Assembly (NCBI GenBank): GCA_036172245.1
Contig: JAYWIR010000009.1
Span: 4,774,001 to 4,838,000, forward strand
Reading direction: 5' to 3'
Length of the DNA stretch: 64,000 bases
From: Raillietiella orientalis
Taxonomy: Eukaryota
Part shown: positions 1-13,999 of the stretch, one piece after another
How the letters are laid out: every line of letters starts with the position of its first letter
Position numbering within the stretch: the first letter of the stretch is position 1
Notes under the pieces: model-generated
Seen by the model: only the letters and a program-made list of their open reading frames with translations
What the model was told of the DNA's origin: nothing
Database searches by the model: none
Program-made: the position numbers and the translations under genes

Positions 1-3000
1 CATGAGACAGCTGAGGGATGAGATGGTTGATGCGCGAGATAGCCGAGGGTGGTTGATCAGCTCACACACGATTTCTTTCTTGCCATATCTGGGGATCCTT
101 TCTATCCTAGGGGGAAAGTTTTCAACTAGCAACACTCAAGCTTCCCTTTGGTTCAGCAGTAGTGATACTGCCCGTGTGCAAGGTGATACTGCCCGTGCCT
201 AGGGGGAATTGCCGTGATTGCTGAATCTGATTCGCAAGAGGCTCCACCGTCGTGCTTCTCTTGACCCATCTGATACCCAGCATCCGTGCGCCCGGTTCGT
301 CCGAAGGACAGTCCTCTGCACGCCTTTTCTTCCCCTTCGTGGCCACTCCCGAAGAGCCTCTTGTGTTTCGTGACGTCTTCCGTGACGGCCGTTTTGCTCA
401 CCCATCGCTTCCTCGACATCTTGGCGTTTGTCTTTAGCGATGGGGAGCCAGAAGAACCACGCAGTTTCTTGTATTCACCTTTTTAACTGGATAACAGAGT
501 GACTTCTAGCATTCGGTTTCGAGTCTGGCCCCATATGCGGAAAATCTGCTTATTCGTTGATCAACCCTCTCATCCTTCCTAGCACTGACGGACCAGAGTA
601 GCCTGCCGAAACATCTCACTTTTTTTTTTCTTCCTTTCTTTGTTTCTTTTTCTATCCGAAGGGAGTTCCTCTTCCCTTTCTTCTACATTCTTCGTGCCAC
701 GTGCGACCTCCGGACCTGTGCCAGGAGGATGCAACACACACCGGCGATCGTTTCGTCCATGTGCGACCAGCACAGCGCTGCTTCTTTTATGTAACGCATT
801 TCGTGCCTGCCCGGTCGCGCCGCACCCCCACCCGTGAGCATTCAGTCGTGCTCTCGTGGTAGCCGGGAAGAGCACCTCCTCCAGAGCCTTCGTGACAGCC
901 AGCGCGCCATTCGTGATCTCGATAGGTCCGATTCGTGTTTCTCCCAAGTGAGCCGCCTTTACTCCGGAGATGCAAACTTAGAATCGAGATCTTGACCTCG
1001 CTCCATCAACAGGAGAGGCAAACGGAAGACCCGCTACTTCGTGCGTGCACTGACAGAATTTTATTTCTTCTAATCTGACTCGGGATCTGAAGCAGTCCGT
1101 TGCGTGATCCACATGCTACCTTCTATCAACGATCGATCATGCCATTAATGATACATATATTCTTCGTCTTGTAGGCACATTCGTGCCAAGTTAAGAACAA
1201 ACACATCGGAAGCACAAAATCTCTGTTCCTGTTACAGACACGCTTCTAAATTATTCCTTGCCAACTCCCTACTCTGCACTTCCTCAACGGGGATAACTAA
1301 CTGCATTGGCTGCAACGGCGATTTTGTATCTAATACAAGACGTTCTAAATCCAAGATGAAAAAACGTGGGAATGTTTCTTTTTTAAAATCAAGGATCCTT
1401 TACCATCTCTGCAAAGATAATCCGACCTCCTAGCATCAAAGTGAGTCCGAAACATTCTTGAGAGATGTTACAAATATACATATTAGACCAACATTAGAAA
1501 TCTCGGAATTGAATTTCCGAGTTTGAAGAGCTAATGGAGTTTTCATGAGAACTTCAAATGTAATCGCAAGAGTCAAAAAAAGTTACTGCTCCGGAATACA
1601 GCATCCTCCTCCTCAGATAGATCAAGCAATGAATGAGTAGGGAATGTAGTTTGAAGATCCTCTCTACTATAATGTAAACTTTGCACTCCAAATTAAAGAT
1701 TGAATAAACAATTTCTTTCACAATCATTTGGGTAATGCTTTATAAAGCTCACTCCTTCAGCAGCTGAAAACCGAATAAAAAGTGTGAAAGAATTTATGGA
1801 CATCAAGAAGCAGTTTTAATGAACGATCTTCATTCAGATTCCTTGCTTAAATTTATATTTGTGCAGCGAAAGATTTACTAAATACTTTGGAAAAACGTTC
1901 ATCTTAATTTCTTTTTTTTAGAACTCGACCAGATACTCAGCTTAGTCGCAGTGAGCTATCTTCTCAGTTAATTAAAATAAAATATGTGACCACGCCAATG
2001 CACGCCACTACATCCTTACCAAGATTTCCGTTGTTTTCCGACACACTGACTCCAAAAATTCTGTATCTTATTTTTGGAGTTGAAATGCAGACACGATTTG
2101 TTTTCTAATGTCCAAAAGTCATATTGGTAGAATTCTGAAAGGAATAAACTTCTTTCGGACAGTGGGCAAAAAGGCCTAGATTACCATCTAAAATTAGAGG
2201 ATATTGGAAGGTGATCGAAGCTTCTGACAAACTGCAGATGAACAAACTAAATTATCTAAGGAGCATGGAAAGTCTGTATTCCGAAGTGATTCTTTTTGTT
2301 CGGAAATATACAAACAAGGAAAAATAGCATACCCTTAGTTGTTATTTAATATATGATTTTTAAAACGGTGGTTTCATTACAGACCTAGAAGGAAAAGACC
2401 TATAACCGTGTACTTGGTTTGGGAAAAGTAAAGGAGATGAATTCCATTACAGAATTTAATTGGAAAACTAAAAAAGATCTGAGAAATTCCATTAGCTTTA
2501 GATAAGCGATGGCTAGAATTCCATGTGACAGAAAAATCTGAGTTCGTTTTTCTATCACAATGTAATCGGCCATCCCTTGTAGATGTTTTTGCAATACATG
2601 GATACATACTAAGATGCAAGGAATCCTCAAATGAATGGGAAGTTTAATCTGAGTTCTCCTTTACTAGTAGCTGCAATTTTTTCAAAATCTAAACAGGGTG
2701 AGCTAGGGGATTACATTCACAAATTAAATATAGTGTTTTCTTGTTTTGGCAACTAATATAGATAAACGTATCATAAGATGTTTGAGTTCATTATTTCTTG
2801 TGTACACGTGCATTTACAGCTTGTATTATGCTTGCACTTACTAATATTTAGCCACATGCATTCATAAAAATGTAAGTGAATTCATTTAGTATACAAGGTA
2901 ATTGCTTAATTAAGACTGCAAACATATATGTGTGTATACACAAATCAGCATAAGTAGATTATTATTTGCCACGCCTAGAAACATATTTATGCATATTTAC

Positions 3001-3289
3001 TTACACATGAGTACATTTAGCTACTGATATTATCTCTTTCATTGTATGAATGCTTATTGAAAATGAAACTTTGGCAATATCAGAATATATATCCCTGCTG
3101 TTGAGTAGGGGCATATTAGTATACATGTTATGCTTGCGGTGAGGGGATTGTAGGTGCTGTATGTTCGAGTGCTTGCCGGATGTGTTTATTTTGAAGGCAT
3201 TTTTTTAATCAGAAGGGAGAATTAAAAAAAAACCAAACCAAACAATGATAGTCTCCGAAATTTGAAAAAACAAAAACAAAGCAATCGCA

Positions 3290-6007
3290 ATGGTTCATAA
3301 AACTACAAACAGTAGGCCGGAAAATATTGGTATCTTAGCTCTTGAGCTGTATTTTCCTTCCCAGTTTGTTGACCAAGGAGCGCTGGAAAAATATGACCGT
3401 GTTTCTGAAGGTGAGCTTTTAGATTTTGCAGCATTTCCTTTTTATTGGTATTACAGTCACCAAATGGGTCTATGTAAATGAGGAAAATATTTTAGGAAAG
3501 TACGTAATCGGTTTGGGCCAGAAAAAAATGAGCTTCTGCACAGATAGAGAAGACGTAAATTCACTAAGTCTAACAGTAGTGAACCATCTCTTAGAAAAAC
3601 ATCAGATTGGTTCGTGAGGAATTTTCTTTTTTGATAAATGTAGCATGTGTGTGTTTAGTTCTACTTTGTACTTAAGAAATTGCGTACCTTGGCATTTGCT
3701 CAAATGGGATTGAAAAATGTAATGAGTTCTCTCTCTCAAACATGCTCACATTGCAATTTCTAGATCCGAAATCCATTGGAAGATTGGAGGTTGGCACAGA
3801 AAGTGTTATTGACAAGTCTAAAAGTGTCAAAACTGTTTTAATGCAATTATTTGAAAACTCAAATACTAATATTGAAGGAATTGACACTGTCAATGCATGT
3901 TATGGAGCTACAGCTGCCTTTCTGAATGCTATAAATTGGATCGAGTCATCATCTTGGGATGGTAATTTATACAGTTTGGTGATATCAAATTACATAAAGC
4001 ATGAAAAACGAAATTTTTTGTTTGTTGTTTACTTGCCTTAACTTTTGAGAAGTTTATCTCTGGAATTTCTGGAATCATAGGCAGGTTGGCAATTGTGGTA
4101 GCATGTGATATTGCTGTATACCCATGTGGAAATGCTAGACCTACTGGAGGAGCTGGTGCAGTAGCAATGTTAATTGGTCCCAATGCTCCCATTTATTTCG
4201 AAACAGGTTTGTTCTAATATGTTGGGTAGTTTTTACAATTTTTTGGTTAGGATTTATTTTAAGCCCTTAAATTTGTTATCATTGATTCAGTTGAATCAAC
4301 TGTAATTTTGTGAAATAAATTTTTTGGTTCTATTTATTTCTATGTTTTATTTGTAAAAGATTAAAATTTAATGCAATTTTGGAAGTCCTTAATTAATTTT
4401 AACTGTTAACTTGCTTGAAGTATTTTCTCCTTACTGTTCATAAAAGTATAGATATATTGAAAGTTCAGTTAGGTGTATTGTGAGTGATTATTATATTTAT
4501 AATGGAATGAACATGTCAAATGTAAGAGGTTTCTTGCAAGCCTTGTATGTGAGTTTACATGCTACTTTTGTATTCAAGAATAAAATGGATTGGTTATTCA
4601 TAACCAATCCATTTTATGGTGCAGATTCAAATTGTATTTTTTCCATTTAGTACTATAAAATAGCTTTTTTAATTCGAGCTGTTTTAGAACACTGGAGCAT
4701 AATCAGAGTCAAAAGTTTAGCATTAAACCTATTTTTATAAATGCCTTTAAGACTGTTTGGATAGATTTTACCCATCTACCTTCAAATCAAAAATTTACAC
4801 TAAAGCTGTTTGTGCAATAGAATTCATTTTTGCATTAATTCCTTATGCAAGTTCTTCTTTTTTATTAGAAATTTGTTACAGGTCTTAAAGCAACATACAT
4901 GAGACATGTATATGATTTCTACAAACCAAACATGAACTCAGAATATCCTATTGTAGATGGAAAGTTGTCCGTTGAATGTTATTTAAGAGCATTAGATCAC
5001 TGCTATCAAACATTTTGTCAAAAAGCTGAAGATTTAGCTATTTATGGTAAGTCATCTTAGGTGTTCCTCTGGGTAATCTGCATCAAAAACAGATATACTG
5101 AATGGTCCATTTGGCTTAAAAAATATAAATGCAGTACTATTCCACAGTCCTTATTTTAAACTTGTGCAAAAATCTTTAGCAAGATTGTTTTTTAATGATG
5201 TTGTACGTACTCCAAAAGAGCAACTGTTAGAAGAATTGCCAGATTTGGAGCCCTATAGGTAACTTGTGGAAATTCACAAAAGGTTTGCTTATCTTCTTGG
5301 TAACTGGATTTGAATTTCTTCATAGTTTGAAACTCTTTCTTTGTCATTCCAATTTCTGAAGAGAGTCTCAAAACAAAATTCGGAAATTCTTTCAGGTCAT
5401 TAAATTTAGAAGACACATACAGTGATAGAGAATTAGAAAAAATCATGATGATCCATAGTGAGAAAGTATTTAATTCTAAGACAGCTCCTTCACTTAATTT
5501 GTCCCAGAACATTGGGAACATGTATACAGCCTCTTTATATGCCAATTTGATATCTTATTTATTGAAGTAATGAATTTCTATTATATTGAGCTAGTAAATG
5601 TAGACTATTGCAGTTGTCCTACAGGTCAGTTATCTGGAAGTAGAGTAGTCTTGTTCTCATATGGTTCTGGGCTTGCTGCAACTATGTTTTCTCTTCTTGT
5701 GACCAATAAGCCCTCTAATCCCAAACTGTGTGCTTTGTTGAGAACACTTCAGGATGTAGTGAATAGACTTCAGATGCGTAGATGCATCATTCCAGAAATC
5801 TTTACTTACACTTTAGCAACCCGTGAGGAATGCTACAACAAAGGTACAAGTTTGCAAAGGCAAAATAATATAAATGCAATTTCTATTATAGCACCATATA
5901 CACCAACAGGTGACATAGATGTTCTGTTTCCTGGAACTTGGTATCTAGATAAAATAGATGAGAAACATCGAAGATTTTATAAAAGGAAGTCACATTTGCA
6001 AAATTAA
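3290..6007 (+). CDS. HMGCS: Hydroxymethylglutaryl-CoA synthase, 9 exons
   Basis: Spliced GT-AG model gives [42 protein letters not shown], the catalytic [53 protein letters not shown] and LFPGTWYL. Example introns: 3411-3495, 5047-5092, 5567-5613, 5844-5891. Confidence 0.97.
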
Positions 6008-8322
6008 AGACATGAAAAATTGCTGTTGAGTTTTTTTTTATTTTCCCCTCAAATTGCTGTGAATATCATTTCATGATTGCATGTGCTCATTATGTGAAAC
6101 ACAAATGTAGTAATCAGGATCTTTTTTGAAATGCTTTAATTCGTGCTTTCTCGGGTCACATAAAGCAAGAAAGGTTGCAGAGCACCAAAAAAAACACCGA
6201 TCAACCTGAGAATCATTTCCTAAATGAAACTAAAATTTTAAAGACAAATCTAAAGGATTCTGGTTGTAATTTTGCATAATCTTTAGTGAAATTATTAAAC
6301 CACCGGTCAGATATTAAGACTAACGTGGAGCATCACAAACTTTGGTGGATTGTACATTATTTTCCAAGTGAATGTGTGTTGATTCCATAATCCTAAAAAC
6401 TTTATCGTTCAATGTTACCACTTTTAGCGTTACTACTACTGTTTTAGAGCTGATATGCCGTATAAGAAATTAAATAACCGGTCACAAGGCACTTTGTATC
6501 TTAACACTTTAGCAACAGTATTGGGATTTATGCAACCATCTTTGTGAGTCATTACCTCAGTTTGTCGGGCATTCGGTGCATTTGTAAGAAATCAAAGATT
6601 TAACATATCCATCAGTCCCACTTAATGGAGCTGCACAAGCAAAATCGCGGTAGATCATTACATTAGAACAATACTGAAGGGGAATACAATAATTATTTAA
6701 TGTTAGATTGCAATTAGCTTTATGCACAATTGGATCAGAACAAAATCAGATAGATCAAGTTGGAATCGCATTATATGTTCCTATACAAACCACTCAATTA
6801 GTGGTTTTTCTTGGAATTCACTTATTCTACATAAGAAACTTTATACATAATTCAGCTGCTCATAATTTTAAAAGTTCCTGGTCAGTTATGTTCAAAAAGG
6901 TGAAACGCAATTTTCTAGCACGCCTTAAGAGTTATTAATGTTATTAATCTTACAGTGAAATGAAAAAAAAAGTCTTCAGTTTTCATTTAAATGGTCTACG
7001 CAGCCTTAAAAAATCTACAATAGAAAAAAAATGTATAGCGGCAGTACTTTGGAATATTAAAGGAAATTAATTTCTTAATTTAGTCTTAACTATCTCTTCC
7101 GGTATCTGCGCTTTTTTCTTTTATTGCTTACTTGAAAATCATGTAATGAATTAAGCAGGTGCAATGAATTAAGAGCGAAACGCATCGAGACAATATTTTA
7201 AGCCGAACTCATCTACCATGTATTATGTCCTTACCGTATCTACCATGTAAGTCGCGCCTTTAAACTTTTGTCTGCAGACAAGCCCTATTTTTAAAGCAAG
7301 TTTTTGTGAAACCAGTCGTTTTAAATAATCATTAATTATCAGAGAATAACTGAAGAAATCACAAGGAAGTTAACAGGAAAAACGTAAAGTAATTGCCAGA
7401 ATAAACGAACATGCCGTAATCAATCTGTTATTTACATAAAATTGTTTATCCATTCTCCATTACTTTACATTAAGATGTTTTCCTAAAATTAAGAAAACGT
7501 ATTTCTTGTGGTAACTTATTTATTTTTTCTAGGACTGTTGATAAATCTGTGTTACTTCATGAAGAATTCCAAAAGTTTACAATTTCAAATAGTTTCACTT
7601 ACTGTTAAGCGAAAATAGCAAAACACACATTCCACCAATACAAATTCGCTGCATATATTATTGACAAATAGCGCCTTCCTTTATATCAAAATATTTAATT
7701 CGTTAAGTTCCTTTACGTCTGGGATATCACCTAAAGGTACTTCAAATGGGTTGTGACAAGAATTTTCAATTTTCATACTTCTGATCCACGGCACACGTGC
7801 CATATATTTTCGGATTGTGTGTATATGAACTTTGCTTTGATTCGTTAAGGCATATCAATGATTTTCTCTACACATAACAACTTGAAAGGACACGAACATG
7901 TATAGAAAATTTCTATGAATTTATGGTATCAACTGATTGAAGGCTAATTCCATTCATGTATTTAACCCAAAGTTTTTATAGGATCCTATTTCCGAAAATC
8001 AATAATGTCTGGTAAGCCTATCAAGTGCACGTGACTTTGCTGGTTTGGGTTTTTTGGTCACTAGCCGTAACCATGCTGACTGACAAAAGTGTGGTATAGC
8101 CAAAAATATGCCTTTAAGCCATTGAAGAAAATTAGCGTTTTCTTTATAGTTTGAGTTTTGAAGTGGACTCAAACTTGTTTCGATGATTGCATTTGTTCCA
8201 TTTGCCTGCAATGTTTCGTGGTTGGGTGTTTTATGATGATGTAAGTAAGAATGTGCTACCATTTGTTACATGAACTCTTGCAAAAAATAGGGGCTTCATT
8301 TCGAAAAAGAGGATTGCATGGA

Positions 8323-10515
8323 ATGTTATCATCGTTTATAAGAATATACAAAAATGCCAGTGAGTCATGCATGAAAACTTTGTCCTTCAGACTGAGAATG
8401 CTTTTTACCCCACTTGTCAGATGTTTCACGTTCAGAAAGGTATGCCATGTGCATTGTAGATGTTACTTTAATTGCGCCTGTTTTTTTTTGTCTCATATTA
8501 TTACTGTTGTATTGAATTTTTCAATAAATTCCTTGGATACAATATTCTTTCGATGGGTAAATGTGCAATTACTTTTGAAGATGTAAAAAGAAAACGGTTT
8601 AAAGTATAGTGTGGATTAATTTGGAACTTATTTCTATTCATTTCGACGACAAGGTTGCTAATCGGTGATTTTTTTTTTTTAGAAATTCATCAAACATATC
8701 ACCACTCTAATTACAGTCAGTAAGCAGAATCATTGTCAGAAGTTGAGTAATGCTAGTGTCCTTGATGAATCAAGGGGAGCACCCACGGAACCTTCAGTGC
8801 CCAAGTTGACTACTGCTACTAATGATGGTGCAGGAATACCAGTACAACAAACGTCTTTGCAAATTTTTTGTGAGAAACAAAATCTCAAAAAGAATATAAC
8901 GTGTACACCAGAAACTTCCGCAACTTTGAACTATCCAGATGACTCGAAGATTCCGTATGATTCAACAGCAATTTGGAGAAAAAAGTCTTTTTCCTTGTAT
9001 AAAACATTACAGGTTTATGCAAAGTTATCAAAAATTCGTCTCACAAGTGAGTATGAGCAAATGATCTAGTTTTTTTCAACTATTTTTAATGTAAACAGTG
9101 AAAAATTTCAAACAGTTTTAGTTTTCAATATAAACTGCGAAATTACAATTTCATAATTCAAAGAATTATTTTTTTCAAAATGTGCAATTATTAAAGATAT
9201 GAAATACATGTATGAATAGTGCAATACATGTATCCCAACAGCTTCCTTTCACATCACAAACCATTTGTGTTTATGTTTTTAAAAATTTATCTATTCATAT
9301 GACAAGTTTTTGGTGCATGACAATTTCTAAACACCAAAAGAAATTGCTTGAAATTTGCATAACTATTGATTAATTTTGCTGAAAATGCACCTTCCAGGTT
9401 TTGTGGTGCTTACCGGGATGGCTGGATTCGTTTTATGCCCCAGTGCCATTGATGCTAGTCATTTGGTGTGTACTTCTATTGGCATTGGATTGACTTCTTG
9501 TTCTGCTAATAGTTTCAACCAATTTTTGGAAGTTCCCTATGACTCCCAGATGAATCGCACGAGACATCGTGAGCTTGTCCAGGGCAATATTACGTACTTA
9601 ATTACCATTAATTATTGAATTTTGTAAAGACTTAGAAAACTTGGTTGCATCAATGTTGTTGTATTGCAATATAACATACAGTGTTAGAGCATGCTCATCT
9701 GAGTTTGGTGTTCATTTCATGTCAACTAAAAGGATTTCATGAATTGTTTAATTTTTGTTTTCATTTATTTCAGTCCACTTGAAGCTTTGTGTTTTGGAGC
9801 TACCACAGGAATATTAGGAGTATATGTTCTGTCCCAAGGTGTGAATACATTGTGTGGAATTTTAGGAGCTTCGAATATAATTCTTTATTCTTTTATTTAT
9901 ACACCCTTGAAGAGATTGAGTATTCTTAATACGTGGGTAGGCGCAATTGGTAAGAGTAGTAATTGGTTTTCTGTCAAGTAACTTGCTCATTGATAGTGGG
10001 TGCCATTCCACCAGTAATTGGTTGGGTTGGTTCTTCAGGTGCTTTGGATATCTATGCATTATTACCAGCTTATATTTTGTATGCTTGGCAATTTATGCAT
10101 TTTAATGCTCTTTCATGGAACCTTCGCTCTGAATATTCAAAAGCTGGGTATCGCATGATGTGTACCACTGATCCTGGTATGTAATTTTAGCATCAGGGTG
10201 TTAATCACGTACCAATCAGTTCTTTGTAGGAAAACTACTTTGCGGTATAGTATTGCTTTGACTGCTGTGTGTCAGTTAACTCCCCTGACCAATATTACAA
10301 CTTGGATGTTCAGTCTGGGTTCATTACCATTCAATATTTACCTTTTATATTTGGGTAAGTGAGGAGGCACAGCAATACATTAGTGTTAAAATTGTCTCAT
10401 TTTAGCTGTTGATTTTTATAGGAAAAGTGACAGCAATACTTCACGGAAGTTATTTCGTTATAGTCTCGTATATTTGCCAGCAGTTCTGAGTCTTATGATT
10501 CTTACCAAAGTCTAG
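8323..10515 (+). CDS. COX10: Protoheme IX farnesyltransferase (heme O synthase), mitochondrial, 7 exons
   Basis: Motifs [82 protein letters not shown] and [13 protein letters not shown]. Exon 1 (8323-8439) is Arg/Ser-rich like a transit peptide and splices in frame to 8683. The start codon is less certain than the rest. Confidence 0.95.
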
Positions 10516-11032
10516 TAGTAATTTTGGTCCCATGCACAATCCAGTCATTTTCGGGCATGCATTAGTTATGCTTTGAATGCGTGTTTCATTATTTGTTTTG
10601 ATAGCATTTATTAAACATTTAGGCAGTTATGGTGTGGTATTCTTGATGTGGTATGCTCTCCATAATGTATCTCAGGAAATAGAAATTCAAATGCATTATT
10701 TGAGAAAACTCTAGTTATTTTGTAATCTGGTGAAGACTTGAGCAGTGAAATCACATTCGAAATATACCATTGTATTTGAAAGCTAAATCAGTGATGTGAA
10801 TTTCTCTTCAACGCCATTCTAAGAATTCTAGGGCATAAGTGCGTACTAAGGCATACATTAATCCATGAATTTCATTATTTTATGCGAGAACTTCCACAAA
10901 GTGTGATGGTGAGCTTAATTTAAGGTTTATTTAAAGACACAGCATTAATTTTAATCGCATGGAAAGAAACCATCTTGCATGTAATGTGTTTTAAAAGTCT
11001 TTCCGTTTGTTCGCGTTGTACATTCATTAAAT

Positions 11033-13468
11033 TTCTTACCCAGTCACGCCGGGACGTTTATTGATGTAAACTAGCTGGAAACAGTTTCCTGCCAACGGCT
11101 ACGAAAACCTACAACGGAGATTCACTGCTGGCACGCAGGCCTGGAAAACGGAGAAACGTGAACGAATGGGGGAGGAGGGGACTACAAACAAAAAAGAAAA
11201 GTGTAATTGGGAGGAATGGGCCAGGGAACTTTGGTGACGCTCCGCAGTCACCAGGACAAAGGGCGATAGCACCAAAAGTACTACGGAGCGAATGGGAGGA
11301 GGGGCGCGAAAACAAAAATGCAGTTAAAAGGGAATGGGGGTGGATCACCGGGTTCGTCGTTCGAAACCGTTGTTCATCCGGCAATGAATGCCGGTCAGCT
11401 CCTCCGTTGCGTTTTCACTCAAGTGTCGCCACCCAGCTGCCGCCCTGATAAAGTCGGCTGCCTTTTTGGTGACACAGCATCGCTGACCAGTGTTCTCCAG
11501 CACGTCTCGGACCGTGACGATGGCGCGGATGCAACCAACTGTGGAAATCATCGCAGCCGTCGAAAGTCCTTGCGCTTGGAAGAACCGTCGCAGCACTTCA
11601 CGAGTGGAGTCCCCCAGTGGCTGGAGTGCTGCTGCCAACCTCTTCCAGAGTTCCTGGAGGGCACCGCAGTCCAAAACAAGGTGCAGGAACGACTCCGTCG
11701 CCCCGCACCGGGCACAGTAGGGAGAAGCCACCCCACCAGAAACTCGGTGGCGCCGCTCGCTGTAGCGCAAGCCCCAGTGCAAGAAGAGCAAGACGTCTTG
11801 CTTCCATGCAAGGGGAAACACCGAACCGTCCAAACAACAGGGAGGGATTATAAGTTCCTCGGGTGCAACACCAAGAGCTTCTCCCCACCGAATTAATCCC
11901 TTTGCTGTAGCACGAGGAGTGGCGGCATCCGCCAGCTCACTCGTGCCCCATTCGCCGAGTAGCTTCGTACAACAGTGATCCCTCCCCGTACCCTCCCACT
12001 CTTTTTTTTTTTTTTGTTTAGTTTTTTTGTATTTGTTTAGTTTTTTTTGTATCCATGTGCGGGCAAACAGGAGGTTCACGTCCATGGACCGCCCGGGAAC
12101 AGCGTAAGTCTGCTCCTGGCTTACCAAGGACTGCAAGACTCTCCCTAGCCGCGCCACACACAGCTTGGAGAACAATTCGACGTCCGAGTTCACTAAGGTG
12201 ACCGGACTCCAGTTGTTCAGATGGCGTGCGTCTCCATTTTTCGGCAGGAGACGCACCCTCGCTGAGCGGAAGGAATTGGGGATGTCCCCCGCAACCCTCA
12301 TCAGCGACGAGAGGCTAAGCACCAGGGGGATAAGCTCCGCCGCGAAGCACTGATAAAATTCCGCGGGCAGCCCATCCTCGCCTGGAGCTTTTCGTCTCTT
12401 GAGCTTCGTGATGAAGGAGGAAATTTCCTCCGCCATGAAGGACTCGTCGAGACGTGCGCGTTCCTTTTCGCAAACAACGGGAGCATCCTGCAACAAAAGT
12501 ATCTCCGAAAAGATGTTTTCCGTAGGCGCTTCCGCGAATAGCGAGGAGTAATAACGCCTTACAATGAGGCGAATACCGGCTGGTGTCGAGCATTCCAGGC
12601 CTTGTTCGTCGAGCAAGCAAGATGCTCCAGACTGCCAGACCTGGCGCTCGGCTCTCGCCTTGTATTCCGCAAGCCGGCTGACATCCGCGCGTCTCGAAAA
12701 GGTGCGCGCCTGCAGAAAAGTCCTGATGTTGGCGACCCCTTCTCCACCAAGCCACGCGGAAGCCGGTGCAAGGGAAACTGTTCGCAGAACTCGCGGATTG
12801 ATCTCTTTAGATGATCCCAGTCCGCGAGTTCGCGGATGACGAAGGTCCGGAGGTGCCGATAGAGATGACCCGCCGCCTCCGGATGGCTAAGCCAGTCCGC
12901 CGGCATCCTCCAGTTGTTCATCGGAGGCCCCTTGCCTGACGGAAGGAGCTCGAACTCCAACCTGTGATGGTCAGAAAGTCCGGACGGCAATCTTCCTCTC
13001 CTTCCCACACGAGAGTGCAGGTCATCATCGAGGAAGATGTGATCTGACGATCTTTCCATCTCAGATACGCCGACCATCAAGTTGGCAGCGTGCGCTGACG
13101 CGCACATCTCGATGGCCAGCGAGCGCTCCCTCGGACAGCTCCATTCGTCAGAGAGTAAGTGGACGTTGAAGTCCCCTGCGACGAGGTGTGCCACTTGGGG
13201 GCTGGAGTTGTGGAGTCAGTGGCATTTCACTTTCTCGAAGAGCGCGATTCTTTCTTCGAGGAAGCGGGAGCCACTCGGCGCGTAGATGTTCGTGACGACG
13301 AGATCGATGGACTCTGACCACTTGACGACAAGTTGGCCCACCCGTCCGTCTCGTCGAAACGAACCCCACGCACCGCTTCCGCCATTTTTCCTCTTGCGAG
13401 GAACTCGACGCCGCACCGCCAAAGTAGCGTTCCGCCTGCGCGCTCCTCGATTTCCGCAGTCTGCCCGT
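11033..13468 (-). mobile_element. Tx1/L1-like non-LTR retrotransposon, 5'-truncated and internally deleted, with 12-bp TSD
   Basis: APE endonuclease motifs (NIYAP, LVAGDFN, SDH), RT N-terminal motifs (KAPGEDGLPAEFY, LLPKNGD..LNNWSPVTLVNSD, LVSQEQTYAVPGRS) and a C-terminal zinc finger (CARCGATESFLHLVLDC). Direct repeat CATTCATTAAAT at 11021-11032 and 13469-13480. No QG/YADD core. Confidence 0.92.
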
Positions 13469-13999
13469 CATTCATTAAATAGCATGTACAGGAAAAATCA
13501 AGACACCAGTTGTTCATCCAGTCGGAGCAGAAAACTGAATTTTCTTCCTACATTCGAGCTTGGACGAGTTGCTCATTTATGCCATTTTTGGTGCCAACCA
13601 TTCAATTCATGTGCAAAGTTAAAGGTGTGCAGTTTCATTCACTGTCCCGGTATGACCCATGGCCTGGCCTTTGGGTATTGCCTGTACCAAGTTGATTCAC
13701 CAAGCACTGGAGAAAACATAATTGCATCTTCCACAGGAAGGGTCGAAACTGACATTTGAGAATTTTCTTTTGCGTTGTGTGCCTTTTTAATGTGGCCATG
13801 AACTTCCCACGTACATACTTCGTATAATGCATTATACTCTTATTTTATTTCATTTACTTATAATTAGGGGGGGGGGGTGGAGATTTGTATACGAGTTGCA
13901 TGATAGCAATGATTTCATGAAACAGACTAGTTGGCGGGAAGGTACTGCGAATCCTTTACTATTCACAGTGTTGTTTTTGACAACACTGAAGATATCTGC

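Noticed and set aside
162..197. Two copies of GTGATACTGCCCGTG with 21-bp period
   Set aside because: A simple two-unit slippage duplication with no further array.
1..2300. Faint LINE-like remnants (EN-like near 380-480, zinc-finger-like near 2050-2120); similar traces at 27200-29000
   Set aside because: Too degenerate to delimit or support without an alignment.
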